Shown piece by piece: positions 36,510 to 50,223 of a DNA stretch of 64,000 bases. The translations under genes and the position numbers were made by a program. Positions within the stretch are counted from its first letter, which is position 1; every line of letters starts with the position of its first letter. The DNA lies in NCBI GenBank assembly GCA_030390025.1, contig CM059433.1:6014001-6078000 (forward strand), given 5' to 3'. The notes under the pieces were generated by a model. It saw only the letters and a list, made by a program, of their open reading frames with translations, did no database searches and was not told where the DNA came from. This DNA is from Squalus acanthias (taxonomy: Eukaryota).

Positions 36510-38926
36510 AACTTTTCTGAAAGGTTCTGTTACCTTTATAGACATCAAACAGTGAGATCTGCTTAACTCTATTCTTAACCTCCTTTGACCTCCCACCTAG
36601 TACACATTGGATTTAATCCTGTGCATGTGGCAGTGTTGGGATTTTGAACGATTCCCCCCAGGCCCCATCTCCAGAGCGCTGTGCATGGTGACCCTGTTTA
36701 TAAATACTGCCCTCTACTGGCAGTTGCCAGTTTTTGTCTCCCACCCACACTGCTGCATTGTGAGCTGGAGCTTCTTCATTCACAATTAGTCAGCTCCGTT
36801 AACTCCAACACTGAGGTTTTCTTTCCCATTTTCTGGTCTGTATTTTACATTCAGTGTTCACATTATTTGGTTTTGTGCGATGAGTCTAAACAACGGCTCT
36901 TTCCAGGAGCCCAGTTCAATGTATCACCTCTTATCGTCCTGTGGCAGATAGTCCCTGGTTTTCACCAGGGGGTGGATCTCCTTCTCATTCCCCAGATGAA
37001 ATATGTTGGGGAGCCACGTGGTCTTCCACCCACACGTTAACCAGACATTCGGCTCCGGCCCTGGCAGATCGGACTGCCCCGGCAGAGGAGTCCTGGCTGC
37101 TGTTGTTCCTTTTAATATTGTTTAGAATTAGGTGCCCCCTTCAATTCCAAGTTATTTGCCAATGTCCCAGATTCATTGCTGACCGACCACCTCTGAGGGG
37201 CAGCTTTGGTGATCTACCAGTTGTGTAAGTGCGGAGAAACCACACTGAAGGATAAAGGAGAATTACTCAGCCAGTAATAGGAAGCTCCGCATTTAACCAT
37301 TTCTGGTTAGAAACCTGGGAGTTTTGAAAAAAGAGCCATCAAGTCACAGATATTTGTTTAAAGTCTCCATACTGCACATACACAGGGCTAACCCCAGTTG
37401 TACATGGGTGGTCGGCCCTCCTTTGGGCAACAGGGATTAATCACTGCAGTAATTTCCCTTTTCTGTAACCTTGCTTTAAATGAATCGTGCACAGACTGAG
37501 ATTGAGATGGTTCTGTTGGCAGATATAGTTCCAGGATGTTCTACCTTCAGACAGCAATGGATTATGTTTATGTTTATCACAGTCAGGCTGATCAGAACAT
37601 TTAAAGGTGATGTGAAAAGAGCCAATAGAAAATGGAAAGTGTTGCCGAGCTCAGAGTATTGAAGTTGTGAAATGTGAAATCATGGGGTGGTCAGACGTGG
37701 GATCGTACCTGGGCTCTCTCACTCTGAGTTAGCTCCAGATTGAATCATTTAATTACAAGGGAATGTTTGAACTGTAAAGACGCAGTGTGTTCACCATTTG
37801 TAAAATGTTGAGGCTTTCATCACATCACCTTGAAGAATTTCCTACCGTGTTTAAATTGTTGTGTCTCCTGTACTGTGAAATATAATGGGAATGGACTGTA
37901 TTACAGACTGTGTCGACTGCACGCTGTGCACTGTAGGAAGAGCAACACATTCACTGGAGAAACCTGCTAATGGGACACCCTGTGTGTGGAGTAAAGTATT
38001 CCCTTTTCCTGCCATTCCTGAGAATCAAACACTGGACATTGTGGTGGGGATGAGTAGGAAGGTTGTTTCTCAGTCCAGTTTGGCCTTACTCAGATCAGGG
38101 CAGGTTCAGAAAACAGACGGGCCCAGGTGAGGAAAGTGAAGTGGAAGGTTTTGGGAGCACAGGTGTTAAGCTGCTTAAAACTGGTCCTTAAAATGGAGAA
38201 TGAATCCCAATCCAAAATTAGGATCCAGGGACTGAAGATGGAATAAAGTTCAGATTCAGATCTCCTCACACCTATACTGGGTGCCCACACTTGGAATATA
38301 CACGGACTGAATCTGTGATTGAGAAAATGATCTATTCAGATATTGCTCCTGTTAACAGGCGGCCCATTCACAGGCTTCTCTTGTGGAGTAAATAAGCCAT
38401 TGTCTTCTAGCCTTTGATTGTCTTTTGTTTTTCAAACTGCTGGGAATGTATTCTCACTGTGAAATAAAGAGGGTGATGCATCACAGCACTTGGTGTCATG
38501 TTAGATTCTTACTCAGAAACAAAACTGATCACATCACTAGTTTTATATTAGTCCTCCCGAACTCCCCACATACTCAGAACAACTGGAGAAGGTCTGGGGT
38601 TCACCTTGGACACACCTCTCTGTGCTATCCTCATGGAGGAGGAGGAACAGCAGAATTTTCACACAATAAACCCTTGCTGCAGAAGTCCCATCAGTCGACA
38701 GTCCACATAAAAACATTTTATCTCCTTGTCCTGGTGAATTAAACTACAGACGGCCTTTCCTCATGAACATACAGTCAGCAAGCTGCCCTGTGCTCAATGT
38801 GCGCTAACGGGTAGCTCACCAAACTGGGAGGGACAAAAATCTGACGGCTCCATGGGTGAGCCGAGCCAGAGGTCAGCGGTAAAAGGAGGGGGGATGAGGG
38901 AGGAAATTGCCCAGGCCCGAGATATT

Positions 38927-39682
38927 GGGCCGGAAATTCGGCTTTCCGGCTTCCTGCGGGTGCAAGCATCGCGCGTGTACTTGCCTACCGCGCCTGCAGT
39001 TGTGCTTTGGGCCCACGAGGACTTCCGGGTCCTGGGCCTCCTCCAGCTGCCGGCGCGCAGTGCTTGTGTATCCCAGGGGCGCAGTTAGTTCGAAGCGTCC
39101 CCTGGGATCACGTGGGCCATGGAGAGCCAATCCTAGCAGGGCATTTTCATTCATAGATTTGACAGGAAGGCCTGTCAAATCTATGAATAGAGATCGGCTC
39201 CAAAACCACACTTAAACTTCAAATAAATTGAAAAAAAAATCACATTTTTAAAATAACTATAAGTTAAATAAATTAACTATTTAAACAAAAATTTAAATTT
39301 TTGAAAAAATTAATTATACTTTTTAACGGTGCTAAAAATAAACTTACCTTTCTTTAAAGTATCTAAAAAAGATAAACCTGTTGACAAAATGTTTAAATTG
39401 TAATTAATTAACCACTTACCTTGTTAAAAACAGGCCTTGCGCCTCCTTTTTAAAAGTGTTCATACTTACCTTCCCGGTGAAATCTGAAAAAAAAAACGAA
39501 GTTCGCTGCGTGCGCGCAACCTCTCCCGCGCACGCGGTTCACCTCTGAACCCCTACCTTCAGGGGAACGGAAGTTCCGGTTTCGCGCGCATGCGCAGTGC
39601 ACACATTAAACCGGCACTTCAGGTGGCCTTAGGGGTTAGTACACAACGCGTCCTCACCCTTGGAGAGCAGAATTTCTGGCCC
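38927..39682. mobile_element. PIF/Harbinger-type MITE (756 bp), copy 2 of the 13245 family
   Basis: Colinear with 13245-14009. TIR GGGCCGGAAATTC/GAATTTCTGGCCC. Flanks are ATT and AAT. Confidence 0.88.
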
Positions 39683-39816
39683 AATATATTTCAGGGCTCT
39701 ACTGAGTGTGGTTGAGTGCCGGAGGACTGCAGATTGGACAATGAAGGACTCATTTTTTTTAATCAGAGCCACCTGTGAAAAGAAGTGTAAATAGTCTTTC
39801 AGAACTTGGACCGTCC

Positions 39817-42800
39817 CACACACGCCCCACCCCCACTATACCCCACATACACCCCACCCCCACTATACCCCCCACACGCCCCACCCCCACTATACCCCCC
39901 CACACACCCCACCCCTACTATACCCCCCACACACCCCACCCCCACTATACCCCCACACACACCCCACCCCCACTATACCCCACACACACCCCACCCCCAC
40001 TATACCCCCACACACACCCCACCCCCACTATACCCCCCACACACCCCCACCCCCACTATACACCCCCCACACACCCCACCCCCACTATACCCCCCACACA
40101 CACCCCACCCCCACTATACCCCCACACACACCCCACCCCCACTATACCCCCACACACACCCCACCCCCACTATACCCCCCACACACACCCCACCCCCACT
40201 ATACCCCCCACACACCCCACCCCCACTATACCCCCCACACACACCCCACCCCCACTATACCCCACACACACCCCACCCCCACTATACCCCCCACACACAC
40301 CCCACCCCCACTATACCCCCCCACACACCCCACCCCCACTATACCCCCACACACCCCACCCCCACTATACCCCCCACACACCCCACCCCCACTATACCCC
40401 CCACACACACCCCACCCCCACTATACCCTCCACACACACCCCACCCTCACTATACCCCCACACACACCCCACCCCCACTATACCCCCCACACACCCCACC
40501 CCCACTATACCCCACACACACCCCACCCCCACTACACCCCCACACACACCCCACCCCCACTATACCCCCCACACACACCCCACCCCCACTATACCCCCAC
40601 ACACACCCCACCCCCACTATACCCCCCACACACCCCACCCTCACTATACCCCACACACACCCACCCCCACTATACCCCCACACACACCCCACCCCCACTA
40701 TACCCCCACACACACCCCACCCCCACTATACCCCACACACACCCCACCCACTATACCCCCCCCACACACCCCACCCCCACTATACCCCACACACACCCCA
40801 CCCCCACTATACCCTCCCACACACACCCCACCCCCACTATACCCTCCCACACACCCCACCTCCACTATACCCCCCCACACACCCCATCCCCCACTATACC
40901 CCACACACACACCCCACCCCCACTATACCCCCACACACACCCCACCCCCACTATACCCCCACACACACACCACACCCCCACTATACCCCCCACACACACC
41001 CCACCCCCACTATACCCCCACACACACCCCACCCCCACTATACCCCCCCACACACACCACCCCCACTATACCCCCCACACACGCCCCGCCCCCACTATAC
41101 CCCCCACACACCCCACCCCCACTAAACCCCCCACACACCCCACCCCCACTATACCCCCCCACCCACGCCCCACCCCCACTATACCCCCCACACACCCCAC
41201 CCCCACTATACCCCCACACACCCCACCCCCACTATACCCCCCACACACCCCACCCCCACTATACCACCCACACACGCCCCACCCCCACTATACCCCCCAC
41301 CCACGCCCCACCCCCACTATACCCCCCACACACCCCACCCCCACTATACCCCCACACACCCCACCCCCACTATACCCCCCACACACCCCACCCCCACTAT
41401 ACCCCCCACCCCACCCCACCCCCACTATACCCAACACACACCCCACCCCCACTATACCCCCACACACACCCCACCCCCACTATACCCCCCCACACACACC
41501 ACCCCCACTATACCCCCCACACACACCCACCCCCACTATATCCCCACACACCCCACCCCCACTATACCCCCCCACACACACCCCACCCCCACTATACCCC
41601 CCCACACACCCCACCCCCACTATACCCCCCACACACACCCCACCCCCACTACACCGCCCACACACCCCACCCCCACTATACCCCACACACACCCCACCCC
41701 CACTATACCCCCCACACACACCCCACCCCCACTATACCCCCCACACACACCCCACCCCCACTATACCCCCCACACACCCCACCCCCACTATACCCCCCCA
41801 CACACACCCCACCCCCACTATACCCCCCCACACACCCCACCCCCACTATACCCCCACACACACCCCACCCCCACTATACCCCCCACACACACCCCACCCC
41901 CACTATACCCCCCCACACACACCCCACCCCCACTATACCCCCCACACACACCCCACCCCCACTATACCCCCCCACACACCCCACCCCCACTATACCCCCC
42001 ACACACCCCACCCCCACTATACCCCCCCACACACCCCACCCCCACTATACCCCCCACACACCCCACCCCCACTATACCCCCACACACACCCCACCCCCAC
42101 TATACCCCCCCACACACCCCACCCCCACTATACCCCCCCACACACCCCACCCCCACTATACCCCCCACACACCCCACCCCCACTATACCCCCCACACACC
42201 CCACCCCCACTATACCCCCCACACACACCCCACCCCCACTATACCCCCCACACACCCCACCCCCACTATACCCCCCCACACACACCCCACCCCCACTATA
42301 CCCCCCACACACCCCACCCCCACTATACCCCCCCACACACCACCCCCACTATACCCCCACACACGCCCCACCCCAATATACCCCCCACACACCCCACCCC
42401 CAGTATACCCCCCCACACACCCCACCCCCACTATACCCCCCCACACACACCACACCCCCACTATACCCCCGCACACGCCCCACCCCCACTATACCCCCCA
42501 CACACCCTACCCCCACTATACCCCCCACACACACCACCCCCTCTATACACCCCACACACACCCACCCCCACTATACACCCCCACACACACCCCACCCCCA
42601 CTATACCCCCCCACACACCCCACCCCCACTATACCCCACACACACCAACCCCACTATACACCACACACCCCACCCCCACATACCCCACAACACCCCCCCC
42701 ACCCCCACTATACCCCCCACACACACCCCCCCCACTTACCCCGCCCCCCCACCACACCCCCCCCCACTATCCCCCACACACACCCCCCCCCACTATACCC

Positions 42801-45800
42801 CCACACACACCCCCCCCCACTATACCCCCCCACACACACCCCACCCCCACTATACCCCCCACACACCCCACCCCCACTATACCCCCCACACACACCCCAC
42901 CCCCACTATACCCCCCCACACACACCCCACCCCCACTATACCCCCCACACACACCCCACCCCACTATACCCCCCACACACACCCCACCCCCACTATACCC
43001 CCCACACACACCCCACCCCCACTATACCCCCCACACACCCCACCCCCACTATACCCCACACACACCCCACCCCCACTATACCCCCCACACACCCCACCCC
43101 CACTATACCCCCCACACACCCCACCCCCACTATACCCCCCACACACACCCCACCCCCACTATACCCCCCACACACACCCCACCCCCACTATACCCCCCAC
43201 ACACCCCACCCCCACTATACCCCCACACACACCCCACCCCCACTATACCCCCCACACACACCCCACCCCCACTATACCCCCCACACACCCCACCACCACT
43301 ATACCCCCCACACACCCCACCCCCACTATACCCCCCACACACCCCACCCCCACTATACCCCCCACACACCCCACCCCCACTATACCCCCCACACACACCC
43401 CACCCCCACTATACCCCCCACACACCCCACCCCCACTATACCCCCCCACACACCCCACCCCCACTATACCCCCCCACACACCCCACCCCCACTATACCCC
43501 CCACACACCCCACCCCCACTATACCCCCCACACACCCCACCCCCACTATACCCCCCACACACCCCACCCCCACTATACCCCCCACACACCCCACCCCCAC
43601 TATACCCCCCACACACACCCCACCCCCACTATACCCCCACACACACCCCACCCCCACTATACCCCCCACACACCCCACCCCCACTATACCCCCCCCACAC
43701 ACCCCACCCCCACTATACCCCCCACACACCCCACCCCCACTATACCCCCCACACACCCCACCCCCACTATACCCCCCACACACCCCACCCCCACTATACC
43801 CCCCACACACCCACCCCCACTATACCCCCAGCACACCCCACCCCCACTATACCCCCCACACACACCCCACCCCCACTATACCCCCCACACACACCCCACC
43901 CCCACTATACCCCCCACACACCCCACCCCCACTATACCCCCCACACACACCCCACCCCCACTATACCCCCCACACACACCCCACCCCCACTATACCCCCC
44001 ACACACACCCACCCCCACTATACCCCCCACACACTCCCCACCCCCACTATACCCCCCACACACCCCACCCCCACTATACCCCCCACACACCCCACCCCCA
44101 CTATACCCCCACACACACCCCCACCCCCACTATACCCCCCACACACCCCACCCCCACTATACCCCCCACACACCCCACACCCACTATACCCCCACCCCCA
44201 CTATACCCCCCACACACCCCACCCCACTATACCCCCCACACACACCCCACCCCCACTATACCCCCCACACACACCCCACCCCCACTATAGCCCCCCACAC
44301 ACCCCACCCCCACTATACCCCCACACACACCCCACCCCCACTATACCCCCCACACACACCCCACCCCCACTATACCCCCCACACACACCCCACCCCCACT
44401 ATACCCCCCACACACACCCCACCCCCACTATACCCCCCACACACCCCACCCCCACTATACCCCCCACACACACCCCACCCCCACTATACCCCCCACACAC
44501 ACCCCACCCCCACTATACCCCCCACACACACCCCACCCCCACTATACCCCCCACACACCCCACCCCCACTATACCCCCCACACACACCCCACCCCCACTA
44601 TACCCCCCACACACACCCCACCCCCACTATACCCCCCACACACCCCACCCCCACTATACCCCCCACACACCCCACCCCCACTATACCCCCCACACACACC
44701 CCACCCCCACTATACCCCCCACACACACCCCACCCCCACTATACCCCCCCACACACCCCACCCCCACTATACCCCCCACACACACCCCACCCCCACTATA
44801 CCCCCCACACACACCCCACCCCCACTATACCCCCCCCACACACCCCACCCCCACTATACCCCCCACACACACCCCACCCCCACTATACCCCCCACACACC
44901 CCACCCCCACTATACCCCCCCACACACACCCCACCCCCACTATACCCCCCCACACACCCCACCCCCACTATACCCCCCCACACACACCCCACCCCCACTA
45001 TACCCCCCACACACCCCACCCCCACTATACCCCCCACACACACCCCACCCCCACTATACCCCCCCACACACCCCACCCCCACTATACCCCCCACACACCC
45101 CACCCCCACTATACCCCCCCACACACCCCACCCCCACTATACCCCCCACACACCCCACCCCCACTATACCCCCCACACACCCCACCCCCACTATACCCCC
45201 CACACACCCCACCCCCACTATACCCCCCACACACCCCACCCCCACTATACCCCCCACACACCCCACCCCCACTATACCCCCCACACACCCCACCCCCACT
45301 ATACCCCCCACACACACCCCACCCCCACTATACCCCCCACACACCCCACCCCCACTATACCCCCCCACACTCACCCCACCCCCACTATACCCCCCCACAC
45401 ACCCCACCCCCACTATACCCCCCACACACACCCCACCCCCACTAGACCCCCACACACACACCCCACCCCCACTATACCCCCCACACACACCCCACCCCCA
45501 CTATACCCCCACACACACCCCACCCCCACTATACCCCCCCACACACACCCACCCCCACTATACCCCCCCAACACACCCCACCCCCACTATACCCCCACAC
45601 ACCCCACCCCCACTATACCCCCCCACACACCCCACCCCCACTATACCCCTCCACACACCCCACCCCCACTATACCCCCCACACACCCCACCCCCACTATA
45701 CCTCCCCACACACCCCACCCCCACTATACCCCCCACACACCCCACCCCCACTATACCCCCCACACACACCCCACCCCCACTATACCCCACACACACGCCC

Positions 45801-45907
45801 ACCCCCACTATACCCCACACACACGCCCCTCCCCCACTATACCACACACACACGCCCCTCCCCCACTATACCCCCCCCACACACCCCACCCCCACTATAC
45901 CCCCCCA
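39817..45907 (+). repeat. About 6.1-kb C-rich minisatellite (unit about 28-30 bp)
   Basis: Unit CCCCACTATACCCCCC(AC)nCCCAC with a variable AC count. Confidence 0.98.
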
Positions 45908-46849
45908 GCAATGTCATCAACACATCATTGGTGAAGACATCGGATAGGATGGGTGACAACCTGGCCTCACTTCTGAGAGATAAGTTCAGGGAGTCTCCCA
46001 TCTTACATGGACTGTGGGGCTTCAGTTCAACCCAAGATTTAACCTGCACTCTCAGAGTTTCCAAGGCAATTGTACCCTCTTGTGTTTGGACTCTTGAATA
46101 TAAAAATCAATCGAAATCACCACAACCAGACATTAACCACAGCTTGTATTAATCCTACTCAGACACCAGAAACCCCGATATACAGCAAGTCTACTCATGT
46201 GTTAACCATGAATCAGGTAAGAGCACGTGCCTGAGATGTTTTACGGTGCGTTTCACCCAACCAATAACAACAGTAATAATAATAATTGAAATATTCTTAA
46301 AAAGTGAGTGTTGCCATTTGGGCCTGCAAGCCCTGGCGATATTACGTTCTCAAACATTCCCAAATGACAGGATCGATGCTAAATGTCATTGTCAACAGGT
46401 CATCTCACACATGTAGAATGCTGAACTATTGAGCCAAACCAATACAGTAAATCGGAGGATGTGGCGCGACACTGTTTCCGTGCTGTGGCCACACCATACC
46501 TTGAGCACTGGGCCCTGTTCTGGTCACCATGGCAAGAGAGATTTTCAATACCAGGATGCACTGCACGAGACTGATCCCTGGGGGCAAAGGACTGAATTAT
46601 GATCAAACATGGCAGAAACCTGGGCTTTCTAGCTGGAAAAGGAAGCGTTTAGAGATACTTAAGATAGTAAATGGTGTAGAAAAGAAAAATCCAGAAAACT
46701 AAAGTTCAAGGGTCGAGTAAATGGGGGAAATGGGGGCACAGGGTCAAAGTGGCAAAGGGCAAATTAACTTTGATGTCAGGAAGTTCGTCACACAAAGAGT
46801 TGGAATGGACTTCCAGGTAGGGTAGTTGGGGCTGAATTTCTCACCCCCG

Positions 46850-48400
46850 AGCATCCATTCCTCAATCTCCCTCTCCCCCGAGCCCCCATTCCCCAGTCTC
46901 TCCCCGAGCCCCCATTCCCAGTCTCTCTCTCCCTCCCCCTGAGCCCCCATTCCCCAGTCCTCTTCATCCCCCCTCTCTCCCAAGCCCCCCATTCCTTCCC
47001 CCAGTTCTCTCCCTCTCTCCCCCGAGCCCCCCCCATTCCCCATCCTCCCTCTCTCTCCCCGAGCCCCCATTCCCCAGTCTCTTCCCTCACACTCCCCAGC
47101 CCCCAATTCCCCATCTCCCTCTCTCCCCGAGACCCCATCCCCCGACTCTTCTCCCCGGACCCCATACCCCCAGTCTCCCTCCTCACCCCGACCCACCCAT
47201 TCCCCAGTCTCTTCCTCTCCCACGGCCCCCGATTCCCCCCAGTCTCTCTCCCGAGACTCCCATTCCCCAGTCTCTCTCTCCCTAGAGCCTCCATTCCCCA
47301 GTCTCCTCTCTCCCCGAGCCCCCATTCCCCAGTCTCTCTCCCCCCGAGCCCCCATTCCCCAGTCTCTCTCTCCCCGAGCCCCCATTCCCCAGTCTCTCCC
47401 TCTCTCTCCCTGAGCCCACATTCCCCAGTCTCTCCCTCTCTCCCCGAGCCCCCATTCCCCAGTCTCTCTCTCTCCCCGAGCCCCCATTCCCCAGTCTCTC
47501 TCTCTCTCTCTCTCCCCGAGCCCCCATTCCCCAGTCTCACTCTCTCCCCGAGCCCCCACTCCCCAGTTTCTCTCTCCCCGAGCCCCCACTCCCCAGTTTC
47601 TCTCTCCCCGAGCCCCCATTCCCCAGTCTCTCTCTCTCTCCCCGAGCCCCCATTCCCCAGTCTCTCTCTCTCTCCCCGAGCCCCCATTCCCCAGTCTCCC
47701 TCTCTCCCTGAGCCCCCATTCCCCAGTCTCTCTCTCTCTCCCCGAGCCCCCATTCCCCAGTCTCTCTCTCTCTCTCCCTGAGCCCCCATTCCCCAGTCTC
47801 TCTCTCCCCGAGCCCCCATTCCCCAGTCTCTCTCTCCCCGAGCCCCCATTCCCCAGTCTCTCTCTCTCCCCGAGCCCCCATTCCCCAGTCTCTCTCCCCG
47901 AGCCCCCATTCCCCAGTCTCCCTCTCTCCCCGAGCCCCCATTCCCCAGTCTCTCTCTCTCCCCGAGCCCCCATTCCCCAGTCTCCCTCTCTCCCCGAGCC
48001 CCCATTCCCCAGTCTCCCTCTCTCTCCGAGCCCCCATTCCCCAGTCTTTCTCTCCCCGAGTCCCCATTCCCCAGTCTCTCTCTCTCCCCGAGCCCCCATT
48101 CCCCAGTCTCTCTCTCTCCGAGGCCCCATTCCCCAGTCTCCCTCTCTCCCCGAGCCCCCATTCCCCAGTCTCTCTCTCTCCGAGGCCCCATTCCCCAGTC
48201 TCCCTCTCTCCCCGAGCCCCCATTCCCCAGTCTCTCTCTCTCCCCGAGCCCCCATTCCCCAGTCTCCCACTCTCCCCGAGCCCCCATTCCCCAGTCTCTC
48301 TCTCTCCGAGGCCCCATTCCCCAGTCTCCCTCTCCCCGAGCCCCCATTCCCCAGTCTCTCTCTCTCCGAGGCCCCATTCCCCAGTCTCCCTCTCTCTTGC
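46850..48400 (+). repeat. Pyrimidine-rich minisatellite (unit about 30 bp)
   Basis: Unit CCCGAGCCCCCATTCCCCAG(TC)n. Confidence 0.97.
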
Positions 48401-48847
48401 CACCCACCCGGCCCAGTCAATCCACTCCCCCCGATTCCCGGCTCCCCACCCCCCCGATTCCCGACTCCTCACAGAAGCCACAGTAATGGTGAAAGAAACC
48501 GAGAAGAGCCCGAGCCTGCGGAGGGGAAACGAGGTGCCGGGAAAGTATCAGCGGCCCCGAGCGTGAGGGAGCAGGCGAGAGCCTGTCTGACTGACGGACA
48601 CTTCTTTTGCCTGACAGTGAGTGCTGAGCGTTGCCAAGTGTTGCTGCTCAATGGCGCTCTCTGCTGGTGAGCAGACGCAAATGCTCAAGGAAAACAGCGA
48701 TGAGCAGGTGGGCACAGAGAGCAGGAAGGTTACAGACAGGAAAAGAGGTGTCTGTGCCTTACCGCCAACATCATACACTGTCAATTTAAGAGAGCGGCTT
48801 TGAGCTAATTGCTGCTCACCGCCTGCTTACTTCAAAAGCGGGCAAAA

Positions 48848-48943
48848 TCCTTCGAGCTGGAATTGAACCAGCAATTTATGGAACACTTATGTTCTAGTTT
48901 TAACCACTATAATCTTCTGCTCTACAAGCTGAGCGATCGAAGG
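48848..48943 (-). tRNA. Intron-containing tRNA-Tyr pseudogene (anticodon ATA, 23-nt intron)
   Basis: Minus strand: CCTTCGATCGCTCAGCTTGTAGAGCAGAAGATTATAG-[23 nt]-TTCCATAAATTGCTGGTTCAATTCCAGCTCGAAGGA, followed by TTTT. Acceptor, D and T stems pair. The anticodon stem has 2 mismatches and D-loop G18 is lost. Confidence 0.85.
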
Positions 48944-49143
48944 GAAGCAGCAAAGTTTCTGCTATTTGGTGATTGTTTGCTGTGCGCCTTTTGACGCTCC
49001 CGGCCTGGTGGAGTCGCGTGAGCATCACGGGAGCTGACTCGGAAGCTGCTCACGCTGCCGGGCTGTGGGACTGTGAGCTGCCAACTACTCTCCACAGCCT
49101 GGGGAACCCGTCTGACGACCGAGCAGAAGATTGAGGGAACACA

Positions 49144-49950
49144 AATCGATTACACAGTATATAAACACAGAGAACAATGTGTCTGCAGAGATACAATCAG
49201 TCAGGGAGGCATTACATCAAAGACACAGCAGAGTACAGCTAAGACAATGAGGTGGGGTCACAGGGGGTCCAACGTGTCAAATGCTGCCGTCTGCAGTTAA
49301 GCTTTTAACCATTTGAATAAGAATGCACCGCGGCATGGTACATCGGCGAGACCATGCAGACACTGAGACAACGTATGAACGGACACCGCGCAACAATCGC
49401 CAGGCAGGATTGTTACCTCCCAGTCGGGGAACACTTCAGCAGTCAAGGACATTCAGCCTCGGATCTGCGGGTTAGCGTTCTCCAAGGCGGCCTTCGAGAC
49501 ACACGACAACACAAAATCATCGAGCAGAAACTGATAGCCAAGTTCCGCACCCATGAGGACGGACTCAACAGGGATCTCGGGTTCATGTCACGCTACAGAA
49601 CGTGACTCGACATCGTTGTCTGTCTTTACAGTTTTTAAAAAAAAAGTTAAAAGCTTAACTGCAGACGGCAGCATTTGACATGTTGGACCCCCTGTGACCC
49701 CACCTCATTGTCTTAGCTGTACTCTGATGTGTCTTTGATGTAATGCCTCCCTAACAGATTGTATCTCTGCAGACACATTGCTCTCTGTGTATATATACTG
49801 TGTAATCGATTCCCTCACTGTACCTGTACCTGAAGAAGGAGCGGAGCTCCGAAAGCTCGTAATTTTAAATAACACTGTTGGACTATAACCTGGTGTTGTG
49901 CGACTTCTCATTTTTGTCCACCCCAGTCCAACACCGGCATCTCCGCATCA
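49144..49950 (+). mobile_element. Truncated PLE of a second family with an inverted pLTR fragment
   Basis: GIY-YIG C-terminal peptide YIGETMQTLRQRMNGHR...VGEHFS...GLNRD (about 49339-49605). 49144-49309 is an inverted copy of 49646-49811. Hammerhead at 49827. Confidence 0.85.
49827..49861 (+). ncRNA. Minimal hammerhead ribozyme of a second PLE family
   Basis: tac-CTGAAGA-a-ggagc(gga)gctcc-GAAA-gc-TC-gta, downstream of a GIY-YIG fragment. Confidence 0.78.
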
Positions 49951-49983
49951 TGGCCTTCTGAAATGGCCCAGCAAGCCACTCCT

Positions 49984-50223
49984 ACAATAGCAAACTACAG
50001 CGGATGCCGGAAATGTGAAATAACAACAGAAAATGCTGGAACCACTCAGCAGGTCAGGCAGCATCGAGGAGAGAGAAACAGAGTCAACGTTTCGGGTCGA
50101 AGGTTTTGGGTCAATCTCTCCTGCCTTCCATCCTATCACAGACCTTCCCTTTGTTCTTTCCTCCCCTCCTCCCTGCCCCTGCTTAAAAATCTCTCCTCCC
50201 GAACCTTTTCCAGTTCTGACGAA
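49984..50223. mobile_element. Two oppositely oriented PLE pLTR fragments
   Basis: 49984-50103 matches the pLTR end on minus. About 50114-50223 matches the pLTR on plus and ends in agttCTGACGAa. Confidence 0.7.

Noticed and set aside
36729..36762. V(D)J recombination signal (minus strand CACAATG...ACAAAAACT) next to a CTCF motif
   Set aside because: The spacer is 18 bp, not 12 or 22/23, and no intact V exon ending in YYC precedes it.
39775..46152. 2125-aa Pro/His/Thr extensin-like ORF and the many Gly/Val-rich antisense ORFs
   Set aside because: This is a translation of a stop-poor C-rich minisatellite. Unit length varies freely without preserving frame, and the start is not ATG.
46744..48481. 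558/539/314-aa Gly/Glu/Arg ORFs
   Set aside because: Open in all three frames of a tandem repeat, so an artefact.
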